A DNA stretch of 64,000 bases from Octopus sinensis. Taxonomy: Eukaryota. The position numbers and the translations under genes were made by a program. Of the stretch, positions 39,195 to 53,402 are shown one piece after another. The stretch spans positions 43,524,001-43,588,000 of the forward strand of contig NC_043003.1 of the NCBI RefSeq assembly GCF_006345805.1. Direction: 5' to 3'. Below the pieces are notes generated by a model. The model did not search any database. It was not told the DNA's origin and worked only from the letters and a program-made list of their open reading frames with translations. Every line of letters starts with the position of its first letter. Position 1 is the stretch's first letter.

Positions 39195-39639
39195 AGTGTA
39201 TGTGTGTGTGTGTATGTGTGTGTATGTCTGTGTGTGTCTGTCTGTGTGTGTGTATATATATATATAACACTGAGTTCAAAAACGAACAATTGGAGCTTTT
39301 TGAGAGGTTCAAAAAGTCTGGTCGTTCTGTTATTAAATCTAATTTTATTAAATCTAGGTATCCTGGGATATTCAATAACAGAATGATTAGATTTGGCTTT
39401 TCTGTTTCTCTTAACGTATTTAAGATTATTTCTTCCTTTAACAATAGAAAACTAAACCTTTACTTTAAGAATTTTACGTCCTCTACTAATATATATCAAT
39501 CCCAATTATTCAAATAGCTCTGTATCTTCTACCAACGATTCCTATACTCACATAATATCTTCCTCTAACACTTATAATATTAGTAACAACTGTAACTGTA
39601 GAAACCCTAACACCTGTGAGGTTAAAGGTAATTGTAAAA

Positions 39640-40230
39640 TGAAAAATGTACATAAATCTACTATTACAGCACATGATCTCTCTAGGTTTCATTGTATAGG
39701 TTGCGCGCAGACCCGTCTTAAATCCCGTTTGAATAATCGTAAATCATCTTTTAATGAAGCTCGGAAAGAATGTAGTAATAGTTTATCCAAAAAGTTATGG
39801 CAACTTAAAAAGTGACAACATAAAATTCTCAATTGCTTGGATTAAAAATAGAACGTGACTTTTATGCCTTGAAGAGGCTTATATAATTATGAAAATGAAC
39901 GGTTCTATCATAAATTCGAGAGATCAAAGAAGTTTCATCAACAATAAATTCATCAACATAAATTCGAGAGATGAAAGAAGTTTCATCAACAATATCATAG
40001 TAGTAACTCCTACTATGTTATTGTTGATGAAACTTGTTCTTTGTCTACCTACTTACCCTCTTTGTGATTTTGTTTAATAGAATAACTATGAAAAGGAATC
40101 TTTTGAATTATCTTAATTCTACATTTTTTATGCAGCTGAGTATGCTCTACATTTCAAAACCGATGTAATACTTGCATTGTTCAATTAAATGGAGTCGCAT
40201 GAAACGATCGTACTGCATTACCTCTGGATA
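39640..40230 (+). mobile_element. PLE GIY-YIG remnant of a different subfamily, with decayed terminal motifs
   Basis: FHCIGCAQTRLKSRLNNRKSSFNEARKECSNSLSKKLWQLK...IKFSIAW...LLCLEEAYII resembles YIG.T...FK.R.NNHKSSF...S..LSK.IW.LK...C.LCL.EK. Confidence 0.75.
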
Positions 40231-40806
40231 TCCTTGTTGCTTATTTTGATTTTATATATATATATATATATATTATATATCTTCGTTTTTAATATTAATA
40301 TGCATATGTATAACATTATACTTCGTCTCGACCTGTTACCATTTTTTTAACATATCCCTTTGAGTTTTTTTCTTATCTTTATGTTATAGATTGCGGCACA
40401 CATAGATGTGTATACACATTTATATGTCTGTCTTTTTTCTCTTTCGTCTCTCTCACTATTATTATTACTGTTATTTTTTTACTTTTTACAACTTGCTTGT
40501 AAATATCAGCTTTTCCCTGTTACCTCTTTTGTATTCTCCATTATGGTATCTTATTTTGATTTACTTTAAATTAATAAACCTGTTTTGATGTTCTTCCAAA
40601 AAGTCTTCACACTAATGAGAATGTCAATGAATAAATTTAATCATAATTAATTTGATTATAACTTTTCTTACATATTTGTAATGTCCTTTGAAACGCGCGT
40701 ATGTAATGAATAGAAATTTGTATTAAATACAATTTTGATACAACTCTTTCTCCATTTTTATATAATTGTTTATGGCACATTTATACCTATAACGATATTT
40801 TCCGAC

Positions 40807-40848
<42 letters not shown>

Positions 40849-41324
40849 TCCAGGTGATGTGTTGCTATCCTAGATACTACCCCGTTGTTTTTTATATAGC
40901 GTACATATTCCTTATATGTACTGCTTGTGATCTCAAGTAAATTGTAGCCAAATTCAATTTATAATTTCGATATTTAAATTGTGGTTGTTGAAATAAGTGC
41001 CAATGAGATAAGTTGTAGAGTCATCAAATCCTGAACATGCAGAAAACCCTCCACTTGAAGACAGTAATGCTACAAATTGTTCCGCTGTTAAGTATATGCG
41101 GTTGAACAGATTCTTACAGCTGAAAGAGAGAGATCTGAATCGATTACTTTGCTTAAGTAACTCCTGTCGTTTTGTCAACTATTAATTAGTAATTCTACAC
41201 TCAGTCAGTAACTTCTGTTTCCTATAAGACTCTAGTGCAGATATGTCAATGAAATCACTCAATTTTCAACTATTACAAATACGATGCATTATTAGTGTAC
41301 ATCATCGAAACTACTTGTTAATAT

Positions 41325-41403
41325 ATTATTATTATTATTATTATCATCATCATCATCATCATCATCATCAACATCATCATCATCATTATTATTATTATTT
41401 TCA

Positions 41404-41458
<55 letters not shown>

Positions 41459-41700
41459 ATTGTTGTTGTTGTTGTTATCATTGTTGATGTTGTTGTTTTT
41501 TGATGTTGTTGTAACTACAATGGTAAGAAGCATACACACACACATGCACACACATAAAAACACACATACACAAACTAGAACACACATGCACTCACAGACA
41601 TACAGGCATACACACACATTTATATGCACATATATACATATTTGTGTGTGTGTGTTTGTGTGTTTATGTATGTATTCACACACAGATACACTCACATGTA
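41325..41700. repeat. Compound (TAT/CAT/TTG)n plus imperfect (CA)n/(GT)n
   Basis: Direct reading. Confidence 0.9.
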
Positions 41701-43349
41701 TGATTGTGTACGTGGATTTGAATACCGGTATGTATGTGAAATTGTTTTCGCCATCATGTTTACCGGTATAAACGGAGAGCCTATTTACGTTCCTTTATGT
41801 TAAGAGAATTTACTTACACATCCGATGAATAGATATCGATCAAATAAGTACTAGCCTGACATAAATACTTGAATCGATACGATCGACTAAAACCTATCAA
41901 AAGCGATGCTATAGCTTGACCGAAGGCAGTGTTGTATAATTATATTAATATGTGTGGGTATATTTATACACATGGGGGTTTTCTGTAATTGTGAACATGT
42001 ACAGACGTGAATGTCATTGGTTTTCATTGTGAAAAAGTCATCTAAAATAGCATCATTTCAACATATCATAATATAGATCACAATCTTCTTCGTCTTTCAT
42101 GATTTTTTTGGTGTTGTTTCTTTTTCATACTCCTACTAAACATTCACCTGCAACACTATACCATGCCCGCACAACGCTTCCGATGAAACATGAAAGGATT
42201 TTTATACAGAAAGAAATAAAATACTCTATTACTATAATATCGAAATAATTAAAATATTGAAAAGAAACATTTCAGGAAGTTACACCGATGTAGATATTGC
42301 ATGCGTTACCGTAGCTTTAATATCTTTGTGACGACTATTTTGGAACGATTGATCTCAAATATTGGCTGTGATAGAATTACAGAAACAAGTTGATTCAAGC
42401 TATGTTCGTGACCTGACCTTCTTTTTCTTTTTTTTTCTTCTTTTTTGTTCGATATATTTCGAAACGAAGTGCCGGCTTTTCAACTATTCTATCATTGCTA
42501 CATACTAATAATTCTTTGATTTCTATTTCAGAATATTTCCAGGAAATTTGATCTCAGAAACACTATGACCAAATACGATGAATGAAGTGTCACGAAATTC
42601 CTTCTATTTTTACATACGTACACACATGTTCGGTCACATATACATACATTCACGTACACACCTGCGCCTGTGATTATGGGTTTCATAAATGGTTGAGGTG
42701 TTAAGGCATTGCCGAATAAATTTTCAAATAAAAAGGAAAAGTCGAATAGATATAGTCCACCCACATTCACAGTAAGTGTATTGGTGGTGAAATAGATATC
42801 TGAGTGATTTACGGAATCTCTACTTGATTCATTTATTTTTTCATATTGACACTGTTCTCGAGTTCACGAACAACCATATATTTTGTAGTAATGCTTTTGA
42901 CGTTAGTTTTTGAGATTTAAGACACGATAATTTCTTTGACTGGAAATTGACCAGAATATTAAAAATAAACAGTTATAAACTGCTCTGATTGTGTAATTCT
43001 TTAATAATTTAATATGTAATACATTAATACTCACATTAACTAAAACGATTTTAATATAATTGTAGACTGAGTAATTATTTACGTGTACTTCACCATAAAT
43101 ATATTCCTTATAAAAGTAAATTTCATGATTATATAAAAATTGTGATACAGACTTTTATATAGTTCTTTTTTTAAAAATCTATGACGTTAAAGTTATTCCT
43201 TATCAGACTTCCTCTCAGTTATTTTGGTTGTATTAGAAAAGTTATTTCTCAAATTAAATTATCATCATTCCTTGCTCATTGAAAGTATTGGCTCGAGGAT
43301 AATCTACGCTACAAGAATATTTTCGACTCGACTGCCTAATTCTTTTCAG

Positions 43350-43445
43350 AAAATATATAATGTCTACACCAGAATTGAAAGTATCTCGCCATACTATTGG
43401 CGGCGATAATTTCGACTGGGAGACTTCGCTTTCCATCAATCCGAG
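43350..43445 (+). other. Candidate start-codon exon (unassigned)
   Basis: Strong acceptor gcctaattcttttcag; ATG at 43360 gives MSTPELKVSRHTIGGDNFDWETSLSINP; possible donor AG|gtcaat. Confidence 0.25.
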
Positions 43446-43659
43446 GTCAATGAAATAAGTACTCCATGTGCACTAGAAAAGCAGTATTATGATTATTGTT
43501 GCTTTTGAGTTAAACTCAAAAGATTTAAGAAGTCATTTTTCGGTAGATGAACATATTAAAGAGACTGTTCGCCGTAAATACTCATACTACAGTATTAACG
43601 AAAAGAAGATTTTGGCTGAAACTCATCATGTCCCTTCGGCACAAATTGTTATTGTCACT

Positions 43660-43660
43660 G

Positions 43661-43716
<56 letters not shown>

Positions 43717-43784
43717 GCTGCTACTACTACTACAACTACTACAACTACTACAACTACTACTACTACACCTACTACTACTACTAT

Positions 43785-43866
<82 letters not shown>

Positions 43867-43867
43867 T

Positions 43868-43920
<53 letters not shown>
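43660..43920. repeat. (CTA)n microsatellite, ~260 bp
   Basis: Direct reading. Confidence 0.97.
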
Positions 43921-43921
<1 letters not shown>

Positions 43922-44865
43922 TGAACTGTAGGTCTCATATTCGCTATTCCATAAGTGTGTTTCTGTTTTTATTGCTGAGTTGTCGGTGGTGAATTGTTTT
44001 GAAGCGTATTTCAAAGTTACTGCTTTCCAAAATTTCAAAAACAAAACAGCTAAAATTCGGTGAGATACGTGTCTCAAAAGACGACATGGCCAGTATATGA
44101 CGAAATTCTTCCATTTAGCGAAAAAATATTGTAGGTACAGTCATTAATAATATCTGCACCATGTACACGACCTCAATTTTCGTCAGCAACAGGAAAAACA
44201 GTTGAACGTGGTAGCGATTACGATGAGCAGATATGATCTAAGAAGGATGTGAGATACTTTCGTTTTTGAAACTACGAAGTCTTCAACTTTCTCCTGAGTC
44301 CACGTACATTTCGGTTTACGTTCAAAATTGCTTTTATATTAGTATATCAATTGTTTTGAATAGGACAGATATATTATATTATATATTATAAAGCATGTTT
44401 TATGAACGTAGTGTACTTGAACATACTTCGTATTGTTTTGTTAATAGAAAATCGTTGCCAAGAACGTGTGGAACGGATGAGCAGTTTTGTTTTCATTTCC
44501 GACATGTGTCAGATATTTTTCCGAACCATCTACCGTTCAGATTCATATGAATGTCAGCTCCTCTGTAGGACATAACGAGAAATAAATAACATTGCCAAAC
44601 AACGAAACGTTTTAAAGTTTAGAGATCATAAATAATAACAACGATCATTTGAAAAAAATGGAGGAGACACCCTATGGTTAAACAGAGTCTAAAGAGTCTC
44701 TAATGACTTGTGGGAAAACCCCATAATGTAGCGTTAATACTTATCTACTGATTGATATTTCGAACGACATTTAAAGTAGTTATAACAATCTTTCAAACTT
44801 TTTTTTACAAATTCTGACACCCACCGTTATTGCCATCAATGCCAATAGTCATACACTTAATCTTA

Positions 44866-44910
<45 letters not shown>

Positions 44911-44929
44911 ACTACTACTACTACTACTA

Positions 44930-44967
<38 letters not shown>

Positions 44968-44985
44968 ACAATAATAATAATAATA

Positions 44986-45019
<34 letters not shown>

Positions 45020-45035
45020 TTTAAATAATAATAAT
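44866..45035. repeat. (CTA)n(TAA)n compound microsatellite
   Basis: Direct reading. Confidence 0.97.
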
Positions 45036-45036
45036 T

Positions 45037-45214
45037 TTACAACAAACAATTTTCGTATGTTTTTTTTAGGCATTCACTAGTACAACACTAAGTACAAAAC
45101 CAAATAGATGGCAACGTAGGCATAACACCAACATGAACTTCCAACTAGTCTCTTGAGGTCTCTGGGTGAGACTTGGAGTTAGCTTGTGCAAATGTAAAGC
45201 AAAAGTCAAACATA

Positions 45215-45216
<2 letters not shown>
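45037..45216 (+). mobile_element. R4/Dong-like 3'-UTR-only copy flanked by (TAA)n
   Basis: Near-identical to the reverse complement of 53402-53605; ends aaagcaaaagtcaaacatag-(AAT)n. Confidence 0.8.
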
Positions 45217-45265
<49 letters not shown>

Positions 45266-45304
45266 TAATAATAATAATAATAATAACAGCAATGGCAACT
45301 GCAT

Positions 45305-45790
45305 CGTTATTATCTATTCATCACGTGTTTTGTGGGATATTCTGGATCCTTGCAAGCGTAGCGCGTTTACAACCTGCAGAATAAGGTACCATGCTATTCC
45401 TTTTTTTCAGCTATCTAGTACATTCCTGATTATTCTGGCAGCGCTAAGTAGTCAAAACTTTCGTAACAATCCCACTGGGCATTCTATTCCAATTTCCTTT
45501 ATGTTTCCCTTGATGCCTTCTGATACTGTTTCTAAGGATCCAAGAATAATTACTACTATCTTCACCTTCTTCATCTCCCTAGCTGGTCTATTTCGTAATT
45601 AAGAGCGTTGTATCTATCTTTCCCTCTTCCTTCTTCAATATTCTTAGGTCAAAGGAGCATGCAACATCAACTATACAGCATGCGGTGCATCCTATCCACA
45701 AACACTAAGTCCGGTCTGTTATGCCCTTGCACCTGATATGTTTAGATTGGGAAATCCCAGACGATTGTGTTAGTCTCCATCCGTGCCACA
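45305..45790 (-). mobile_element. R4/Dong-clade LINE 3' fragment (restriction-like endonuclease)
   Basis: KWYEHKLQSV...IVWDFPI*T...HNRPDLV...IVDVACSFD...VKIVVIILGSLETV...AARIIRNVLD; paralog of 55036-55350; (TAA)n on both sides. Confidence 0.9.
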
Positions 45791-45849
45791 CTCTGCAGCT
45801 TGTGCTCATACCACTTTATCATTATTAATATTATTATAATTATTATTAA

Positions 45850-46190
45850 GGCGCATGGCTCAGTGGTTAGGGCGTCAAGCTTACGATCGTGAGGTTGTGA
45901 CCTCGAATCCTGGACCGGGCTGCGTGTTGTGTTCTTGAACAAGACACTTTATTTCACGTTGCTCTAGTTCACTCAGCTGTAGAAATGAGTTGCGACGTCA
46001 CAGGTGCCAAGCTACGTCGGTCCTTGCCTTTCCCTTGGATAACACTGGTGGCATGGAGAGGGGAGGCCGGTGTGCATGGACGACTGCTGGTCATCCATAA
46101 ACAATCTTGCCCGGAATTGTGCCTGGGAGGGTAACTTTCTAGGTGTAATCCCATGGTCAGTGTCGTGACCGAAGGGGGTTCAGATTATTA
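45850..46190 (+). mobile_element. SINE family 3 (tRNA-derived head), full length
   Basis: ggcgcatggctcagtggttagggcg (A box), acctcgaatcc (B-box-like), body gtgttgtgttcttgaacaagacactt...cactcagctgtagaaatgag; inserted in (ATT)n. Confidence 0.9.
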
Positions 46191-46225
46191 TCATTATTAT
46201 TATTATTATTATTATTATTTTTATG

Positions 46226-46296
<71 letters not shown>

Positions 46297-47093
46297 TATT
46301 ATAAATCACCATTTACGACAACTATTATAATTTGTATTAAAATTAATAACGTCATTATATTAGAATGATAAAATTTGTGTTGTTCTTGAGAAGAAAGAAA
46401 TAGAGTTATCAAAATTATAGATACGCAAGATCTTTCGAAGAAGTTATAGTTTAATTCTGGAATATTTCATATGGAAAGTAATTCTGTAGTGCAATAGATA
46501 AAGAAAAGACGACTAAATATATTCAATAAAGAAGAGAGAATATTTACATCGTGATCGAGTTTTAAACCCAATGTACTTCGACATATACCTCCTTAAATAA
46601 TTCATAACAAATTAGAATACTCTCATTCACGAACACTTGCGCGAAAATATAAACATATGATTATACAGCGCACGGATGTACGACAACACTTCAGAAATAA
46701 ATATGTAAACAAGTGTGTGCTATAGATACTTATGGATATATAGGTGTGTATTTACTTCAGTGCATTTGTGAATGTTTGAATTTATATACATATGTCTGCG
46801 TGTGCATGTTCGTGTGTGTTCCTGTGTGTGCGAGAGTATTTACTTATATGCAGACTTACATACATGTAGACATACTTACATATATATATGCAAACAAGCA
46901 AACTTTCAGTCTGTTATGTATCAGCACATCCAACTTATTCAGCATTCCACACAGACTTTCATCCATGTATGCAAATTCACAGTAACAATGAACATTAATA
47001 TTAATTCATTATTGTAGCTTGCAATATTTCCGCGATATTTCCTAGGGAAACGGTATAATGTAACAGGGTATGCACATATATGTGTGTGACAGG

Positions 47094-47161
<68 letters not shown>

Positions 47162-47174
47162 GTATGTATATATG

Positions 47175-47228
<54 letters not shown>

Positions 47229-47345
47229 ATAATATATATAAAATATAGATACGTATATATGCATATATATATATACATGTGTGTGTATACATGTATGTAT
47301 GCGAGTATGGTTGTATGTAATATAAATAAGTATCATTTATGCTAC

Positions 47346-47392
<47 letters not shown>

Positions 47393-48504
47393 TTATGTAT
47401 GTATGTATGTATGTATGTATGTATTTATGAATGTATGTATGTAGATAGATTTAATCATATATACACATATATTTGTATATTTTTGTGCATATCTATATAT
47501 ATATACTTACTTCTCAATGTGTAGGTACGTCGGCGTATTTATAAATACTTATTACTATTTATTCCTCAAGTTCTCTTTGTGATACTGATATTCTGATATT
47601 TGTGTTTGTTTTCGTTTTTGTTATTTATATTTTCTTCTTCACAAGATTTCATCACAGGAAATGGCTTTCGTCTATAATCTTAATACTGATTACTTTTTCT
47701 CATATTTCCTTTTTAATTTGCGTCTGCATATTTTTTTGTCTTATATTTTCCTTTAGTTTTGACACTTTAAGGCAGTTGAAAGGAAACAAAATATTTTATT
47801 AGTATCGATTTTTCATCATAACTACCAGCTCACATCAGTCAATATATGCCTAAATATAGATAACGACGGAAAATTCTCAAACAACCACACTGATTTTCTA
47901 TTATCTTTTCTGAAGCCTGTTATTTCCTATTTTTCTCATTTTTACCACGATTCATTCACTATTTCTTGGCAATGTCACAAATTATTATATGATAAATTTG
48001 GGAATTATACACACGCGCACGTGCCTAGCTACACATGCAAAAAACCTTTGCAAACATAAAAAGATGCAAAGAAAACTCACCATATTCAACTTCTGCGCTA
48101 TTACAAAATATTTTTACACGAATTTGCTATATTATTTCTGTATATATATACGTGTGTGTGTGTATGTGACGGTGGGGTTATTTGTTTTTGTGCGTATATG
48201 TATATCTGATATGTGATAACATCAAGATATATATATATATATATATTCACATATCGTATGTGGAATGTGAATGTGTATGTGTTCATTCAGCTCAATATAT
48301 TATTTTATATATATTATTTTACCAATAAATATATATTTTGCTGCGAAGCTTCATATAATTGGATAATGTCCAGACTCGCTGCTTGGCTTTCATATTGTAT
48401 CTTCTCATTGCTTTGCTCTAAATATTGATCAATGATATTGCGGTATTCGTTTATAATATAACACACTTTATACGATTCGCCATTACTATGTTATTTGATG
48501 ACGA

Positions 48505-48535
48505 AGATAATTTGTATGCTTATTATTATTATTGA

Positions 48536-48583
<48 letters not shown>

Positions 48584-48625
48584 GATTATTATTATTATCA
48601 TTATTATTATTATTATTATTATTAC

Positions 48626-48661
<36 letters not shown>

Positions 48662-48726
48662 TATTATTATTATTATCATTCGTCGTTATCATCATCATTA
48701 TCATCATCGTCATCGCCGTCATCATC

Positions 48727-48758
<32 letters not shown>

Positions 48759-48815
48759 CATCATCATAATTATCATAATCCTCATCATCATCATCAACAT
48801 CTTTATCATCGTCAT
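48505..48815. repeat. (TAT)n(CAT)n compound microsatellite
   Basis: Direct reading. Confidence 0.95.
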
Positions 48816-49431
48816 CATTATTTTGTTTTATTTTAATTTCCTTTAATTTAACCCAATATATTATGTGCATTATTCTTCAGAGAAGTTTTAATAACGTTAT
48901 ATTCTTTATTAAATTCATATGAGGGAAGAAGGAATGCTGTGGTATGTCGATATGAAATTCTAAGTGGAACCTTGCTGTCTACAGTTACAACGCGATTATA
49001 GATAAACTGAATCAAAATTAAAAGAATAAAAATGAAGCAGAAATCCTTAACTCCGTCGTCTTTTATCTGCAAAATTTTTATATGACTGTTTCTCATAAAA
49101 GGGTATCCCGTTAAATGTTTATTTTCATTCTTCTGTATATATTTTCCTTCCTCCATAAAAAAGCAGCCACTTTATAATATATGTAAATCATTGTTAATGA
49201 ATTCAAAAAATAATTCTCTGTTATAAGCTGAACATTTTGTACTTAGAGATGACTGCAATACGTTTGGGTGAACAGATACATTATCAACATATTTGTATAT
49301 AAAATAAGATACACATATTGCCCACAATAAAACTGATACACACACAGGCATGCACACCAACACACTATCACATGCACTCATGTACATTTAGGTATGTATG
49401 TATATATCTACACACACACACACATACACAC

Positions 49432-49542
<111 letters not shown>

Positions 49543-49570
49543 TCTGTTGTGTCAGGGGAGAATCATTCTT

Positions 49571-49670
49571 CTTATAATTTAACGCACTCACCGGTAAAAT
49601 TTCAAATTATTTTTTGTATTTTAAAAATTTTCGTTGCGTCTTGTAACCAGTGAGTGTATTAAATTATAAG
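49571..49670. repeat. 100-bp inverted repeat (25-bp arms, 22/25 match), MITE-like or hairpin
   Basis: cttataatttaacgcactcaccggt / accagtgagtgtattaaattataag. Confidence 0.7.
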
Positions 49671-50029
49671 GCACTAAAAGAGAATTGACTCTCCCCAGGT
49701 ACAACAGAATATGCTTCAAAACACGAACTCACATAAAGGATCTTGCAAACAAAATCCCAAAACAAAATATTTAGAATATATTTATGACATATTTCAACTG
49801 CTAAAACGCAAATACACTGCAATTACAGCGGAGAAAATCTCTCTCTTAGGGTAAAAGATGTGAAAACACTGAACACGTTTATAAGGTATCACAGACCTCG
49901 ATATTTTGACTTTATTGACTCTTGTCAATAGGATGTTTCTAATACTGGAGTTGAATGGCTGTGCAACCTGAAGGAAAAAAAACCTTCCTGTCCTCAACAA
50001 GACGCTACACCCTTTACTAAAGATAATAT

Positions 50030-51135
50030 AAGAGATGTGAGCAAAGCGATGAGCAATTGGAAAGCAGCAGGATATGGTGGTATACAGTGATATACAGATG
50101 CCTTAAATTAATTACAGAAAACTTGTATGAACTGATTGATGGAGCAGAAGTAATATGAAGGTAGCTGGCCGAAGAACGAACAGTGTTGTGCTTGAAGATG
50201 CATCTAAACGAAATGCTTCCGATAATTACAGTTCAAGTTCTTGTCCATTTACGTAGAATTTACTGTCGGGAAGGATGGCAGGAGAAATGTACAACTTTCT
50301 TGGTGATAACAATATTTTACCAATGGAGCAAAAAAGTTATAAGAGGAAATGAGGTATTAGACACCTGTATTTGATAGACAAAATATCAATACAAGATTTT
50401 TAGCGAAGGAGGACAGATTACGGTATGGCTTGGATTGATTTCTTTACAGCTTACGATATGATCCCGCATGGATCATTGAGTGCATATATTTGCTTGAAAT
50501 TGCAAGTAACTTAAGACGTTTTCTGAAGAGAACTATGGAGGGTTCGAAAAGTGAGTTGACATCACAGGGAAAAAGGCTTGAAGATGAATAGCAAAGATTA
50601 GGTACAAGTGTGTTCCTTGGGAAACACGGTCTACTATTTTAGTGCGGATATCACGATGGATGTCGGCCACAGAAAGTGTGGTTTAAGCAGTCGGAACATT
50701 ATAAGGTACAGTCCTTCGCAGGGATAGAATTAAGAAATAGGGAGATAATAAAACAAATTGCGAAGGAAGGATATACGTATCTTGGCATATTAGATTTCAA
50801 TGAAATCAAGGAGAATGGAATGAAAGAACAGCTGAATAAAGAATATTGATGTTGCTCTCAAAATTAACTGGATGGAATAGACGCCAAGCAGCAATACACG
50901 TGCGATAACATCACTTAAGTACGCAGCTGGAATCATGAAGTGCGAAAAGAATAGACTAATGCGTATGGATATGAAGATACAGAAATTATTAACATTATAT
51001 GGAGCATTTCATCAAAAAGGTGACATTGATCGGTTGTACTTGTCTAGACGAATGGATGGGAGAGATGTGAGCGTTTATCAAGAATCTGTTGAATAAGATG
51101 ATAACAGTTTAGATTTGTAATTGTGTGTCTACTAA
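50030..51135 (+). mobile_element. R4/Dong-clade LINE RT-thumb fragment
   Basis: MSNWKAAG, RTVL, YTYLGIL..NEIKENGMKEQLNKEY, KLLTLYGAFHQKGDIDRLYLSRRMDGR; frameshifted. Confidence 0.85.
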
Positions 51136-51162
51136 CAAAAAATGAGGCAATTATTATTATTA

Positions 51163-51194
<32 letters not shown>

Positions 51195-51225
51195 GTTGTT
51201 GTTGTTGTTGTTATTGTTGTTGTTG

Positions 51226-51289
<64 letters not shown>

Positions 51290-51319
51290 CACCATCATCA
51301 TCATCATCATCATCATCAC

Positions 51320-53265
51320 TTTCCTAATAAATTGCAATTTATTTCATCTTCTGACCAAGTCTCGACCAGACACTTCAGGCAAATATATATTATATATATT
51401 AGACGGAGAGAATTTTCCTGTGAATAGGGGTGGTTTATGTCAACAATTATTGAAACTTGTTGACTGTTGGTTTCTTCATGATTCCCAGGCCACCTACAAC
51501 AAAAAGGATGGTTTTTGTTTTTAATTTCTACGTACTCGATATCTCAATCTTAATCTCCTTATACTTCGACGGTTTTCGTATTCCTTTGCAGAGATGTTTC
51601 CATTTCAATTAAAATGTATTTTTGTAACGTCTTATATGACGATGTCTGGTCTGTTAACATTTACTTGCCTGACTTTATGTACCCCATGATCCAATAGGAT
51701 TAGATCATTCCCTCCCTTAATGACCGCTCCAGATACTGCTCATACTAGTTCTTAGGTGGCGGGATGCAATAATGAAACCATATTATCCAGTGCAAGTATT
51801 GGCCAAATCGATCATGCCTGGCAACAATTTGCTCAATACTGTTAATTATGTCATTTCAGAGTCTACATTTCGTGTCTATAACATTGAATGCGACATTAAC
51901 TTGATTGTTTCGGGTGAGAAGGCTTTGCTCTCGTGTTGCTAAGATGAAACCTTATGTTTCTCCAGCTGGATTGTGTTACTGCCCATGCAATGATATTTCT
52001 TTCCACAGTCTTGATATTTCCTTCAAGCTTTCCGGTTTGGATTTTCTTTTACACTTTTTGTTGTCTTAGTGGGTGGTGTATCTTCCTTATCACCTTCATA
52101 ATCAGGGTGGTTTAAGTCATAGTCTTTCTTGACATGCCACCTTTGAAATGCAGTGCAGGTTCTTACTGTGTTCGTGTTGCCTTAACAGCTGTATCATCCA
52201 GTCGATGTTACTTTGGAAGTACACTTGAAGTCCTATCGTGGTCGTTCTATATAGCGTTTCAAACTGGATTACAAAACTGCCACCATCCATTCATAGGAGA
52301 TGGAGCCTGTAGACGTCTGATTCTGGTTGGTGCATCCTGTTTCCTGGTCTTTATGTCCATACGCTGGAGATCATTCAAATTCCAATGGATGACATTAAGG
52401 CTATACTGGACAAATGGTACCACCAGAGACTTTATACCTGCAATTCTATTCTTCGTCTATCTCAGGATATTTATACAAGCCTTCTTGGTCCAGGTTCATG
52501 AGAGATCGTTCACGCTCAAGTTGGGTCATAGAATTAGATGTCAGTTTACCACGTTTGAACGAAGCTTTTGCTAACTTATAGAGACCAAATACCACATTGA
52601 TGTCATCACTGAATGTTTTCACATTTACTAGTAGCCCTTTCAGAACCTTGTCAGCTATGCATATCACTTCAGATCGTCCATGTCGGGCTAGTGAGAGATG
52701 ATCTTGTCAAACATTTTGTAACTGTAGTTTTTTTTCAGCTCGTGAGACAAGAGAATTAGGAAAATATAGAAAAGGAGAAAAGGGCTTGAATTAGCCAGGA
52801 ATGTTCCACTTCCTAATTTGATATTTTCAAACACATACGTAGCTTTTTCGAGGTTAAGAACAATTTTTTCCACACTCCCATACAGTGCTGTAGAAAACCC
52901 TTTACGAAATATCTTGTATACATTTGGTACCTTTGAACCCAGCCATATGGGATACTGTTAAATGACTTAACACAGTCGATCCCTGAATAAGTGTTGTTTG
53001 AGGATGTTGAATGAAACACCTGTTTCCAGAGTTAAATTATTCAAACCCCAAAGAATTTCTCTCAACACATGGCTATGATACATACCATCATCCCACTTAC
53101 TCATGATCTGAGATGCACATATCGTGACTATTTATGGTCACGTAACTGCCAAGAAAATCTGTGGTATTGAAGAGAATATATATTGTAGCCTTTCCTTCAT
53201 ACCAAGACAAAACGTGTACATGATAAAACTTTCAAACAGTTAAGATGAGAAAACATGAGAGCCAC
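51320..53265 (-). mobile_element. R4/Dong-clade LINE (RT to RLE to 3' UTR), decayed
   Basis: DCVKSFNSIPYGW, HMDDLK...DKVLKGLLVNVKTFSDDINVVFGL.K, YKYPEI, NRPDIVI, IPFVVGGLG; 3' UTR motif ctgaagtgtctggtcgagacttgg then an (ATG)n(AAT)n tail. Confidence 0.88.
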
Positions 53266-53306
53266 TGTCTAGTACTACATTAGGGCTTTTATTATTATTA
53301 TTATTA

Positions 53307-53361
<55 letters not shown>

Positions 53362-53370
53362 TACTACTAC

Positions 53371-53401
<31 letters not shown>

Positions 53402-53402
<1 letters not shown>

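Noticed and set aside
39908-39993. ~48-bp local tandem duplication
   Set aside because: A simple slippage duplication within a PLE relic; nothing suggests function
43489-43992. 167-aa ORF and many similar low-complexity ORFs (poly-T/L/I/Y, YI and HT repeats) throughout the window
   Set aside because: They are translations of microsatellites, which lack stop codons in some frames; there is no coding evidence
44040-44350. Tc1-like transposase relic on the minus strand (RKPKCTWTQEKVED)
   Set aside because: Only one loose motif; no catalytic motifs or TIRs recognised
45850-45925. tRNA gene
   Set aside because: A and B boxes are present, but there is no cloverleaf or acceptor stem and it continues into a SINE body; the same applies to the heads at 16614 and 33758
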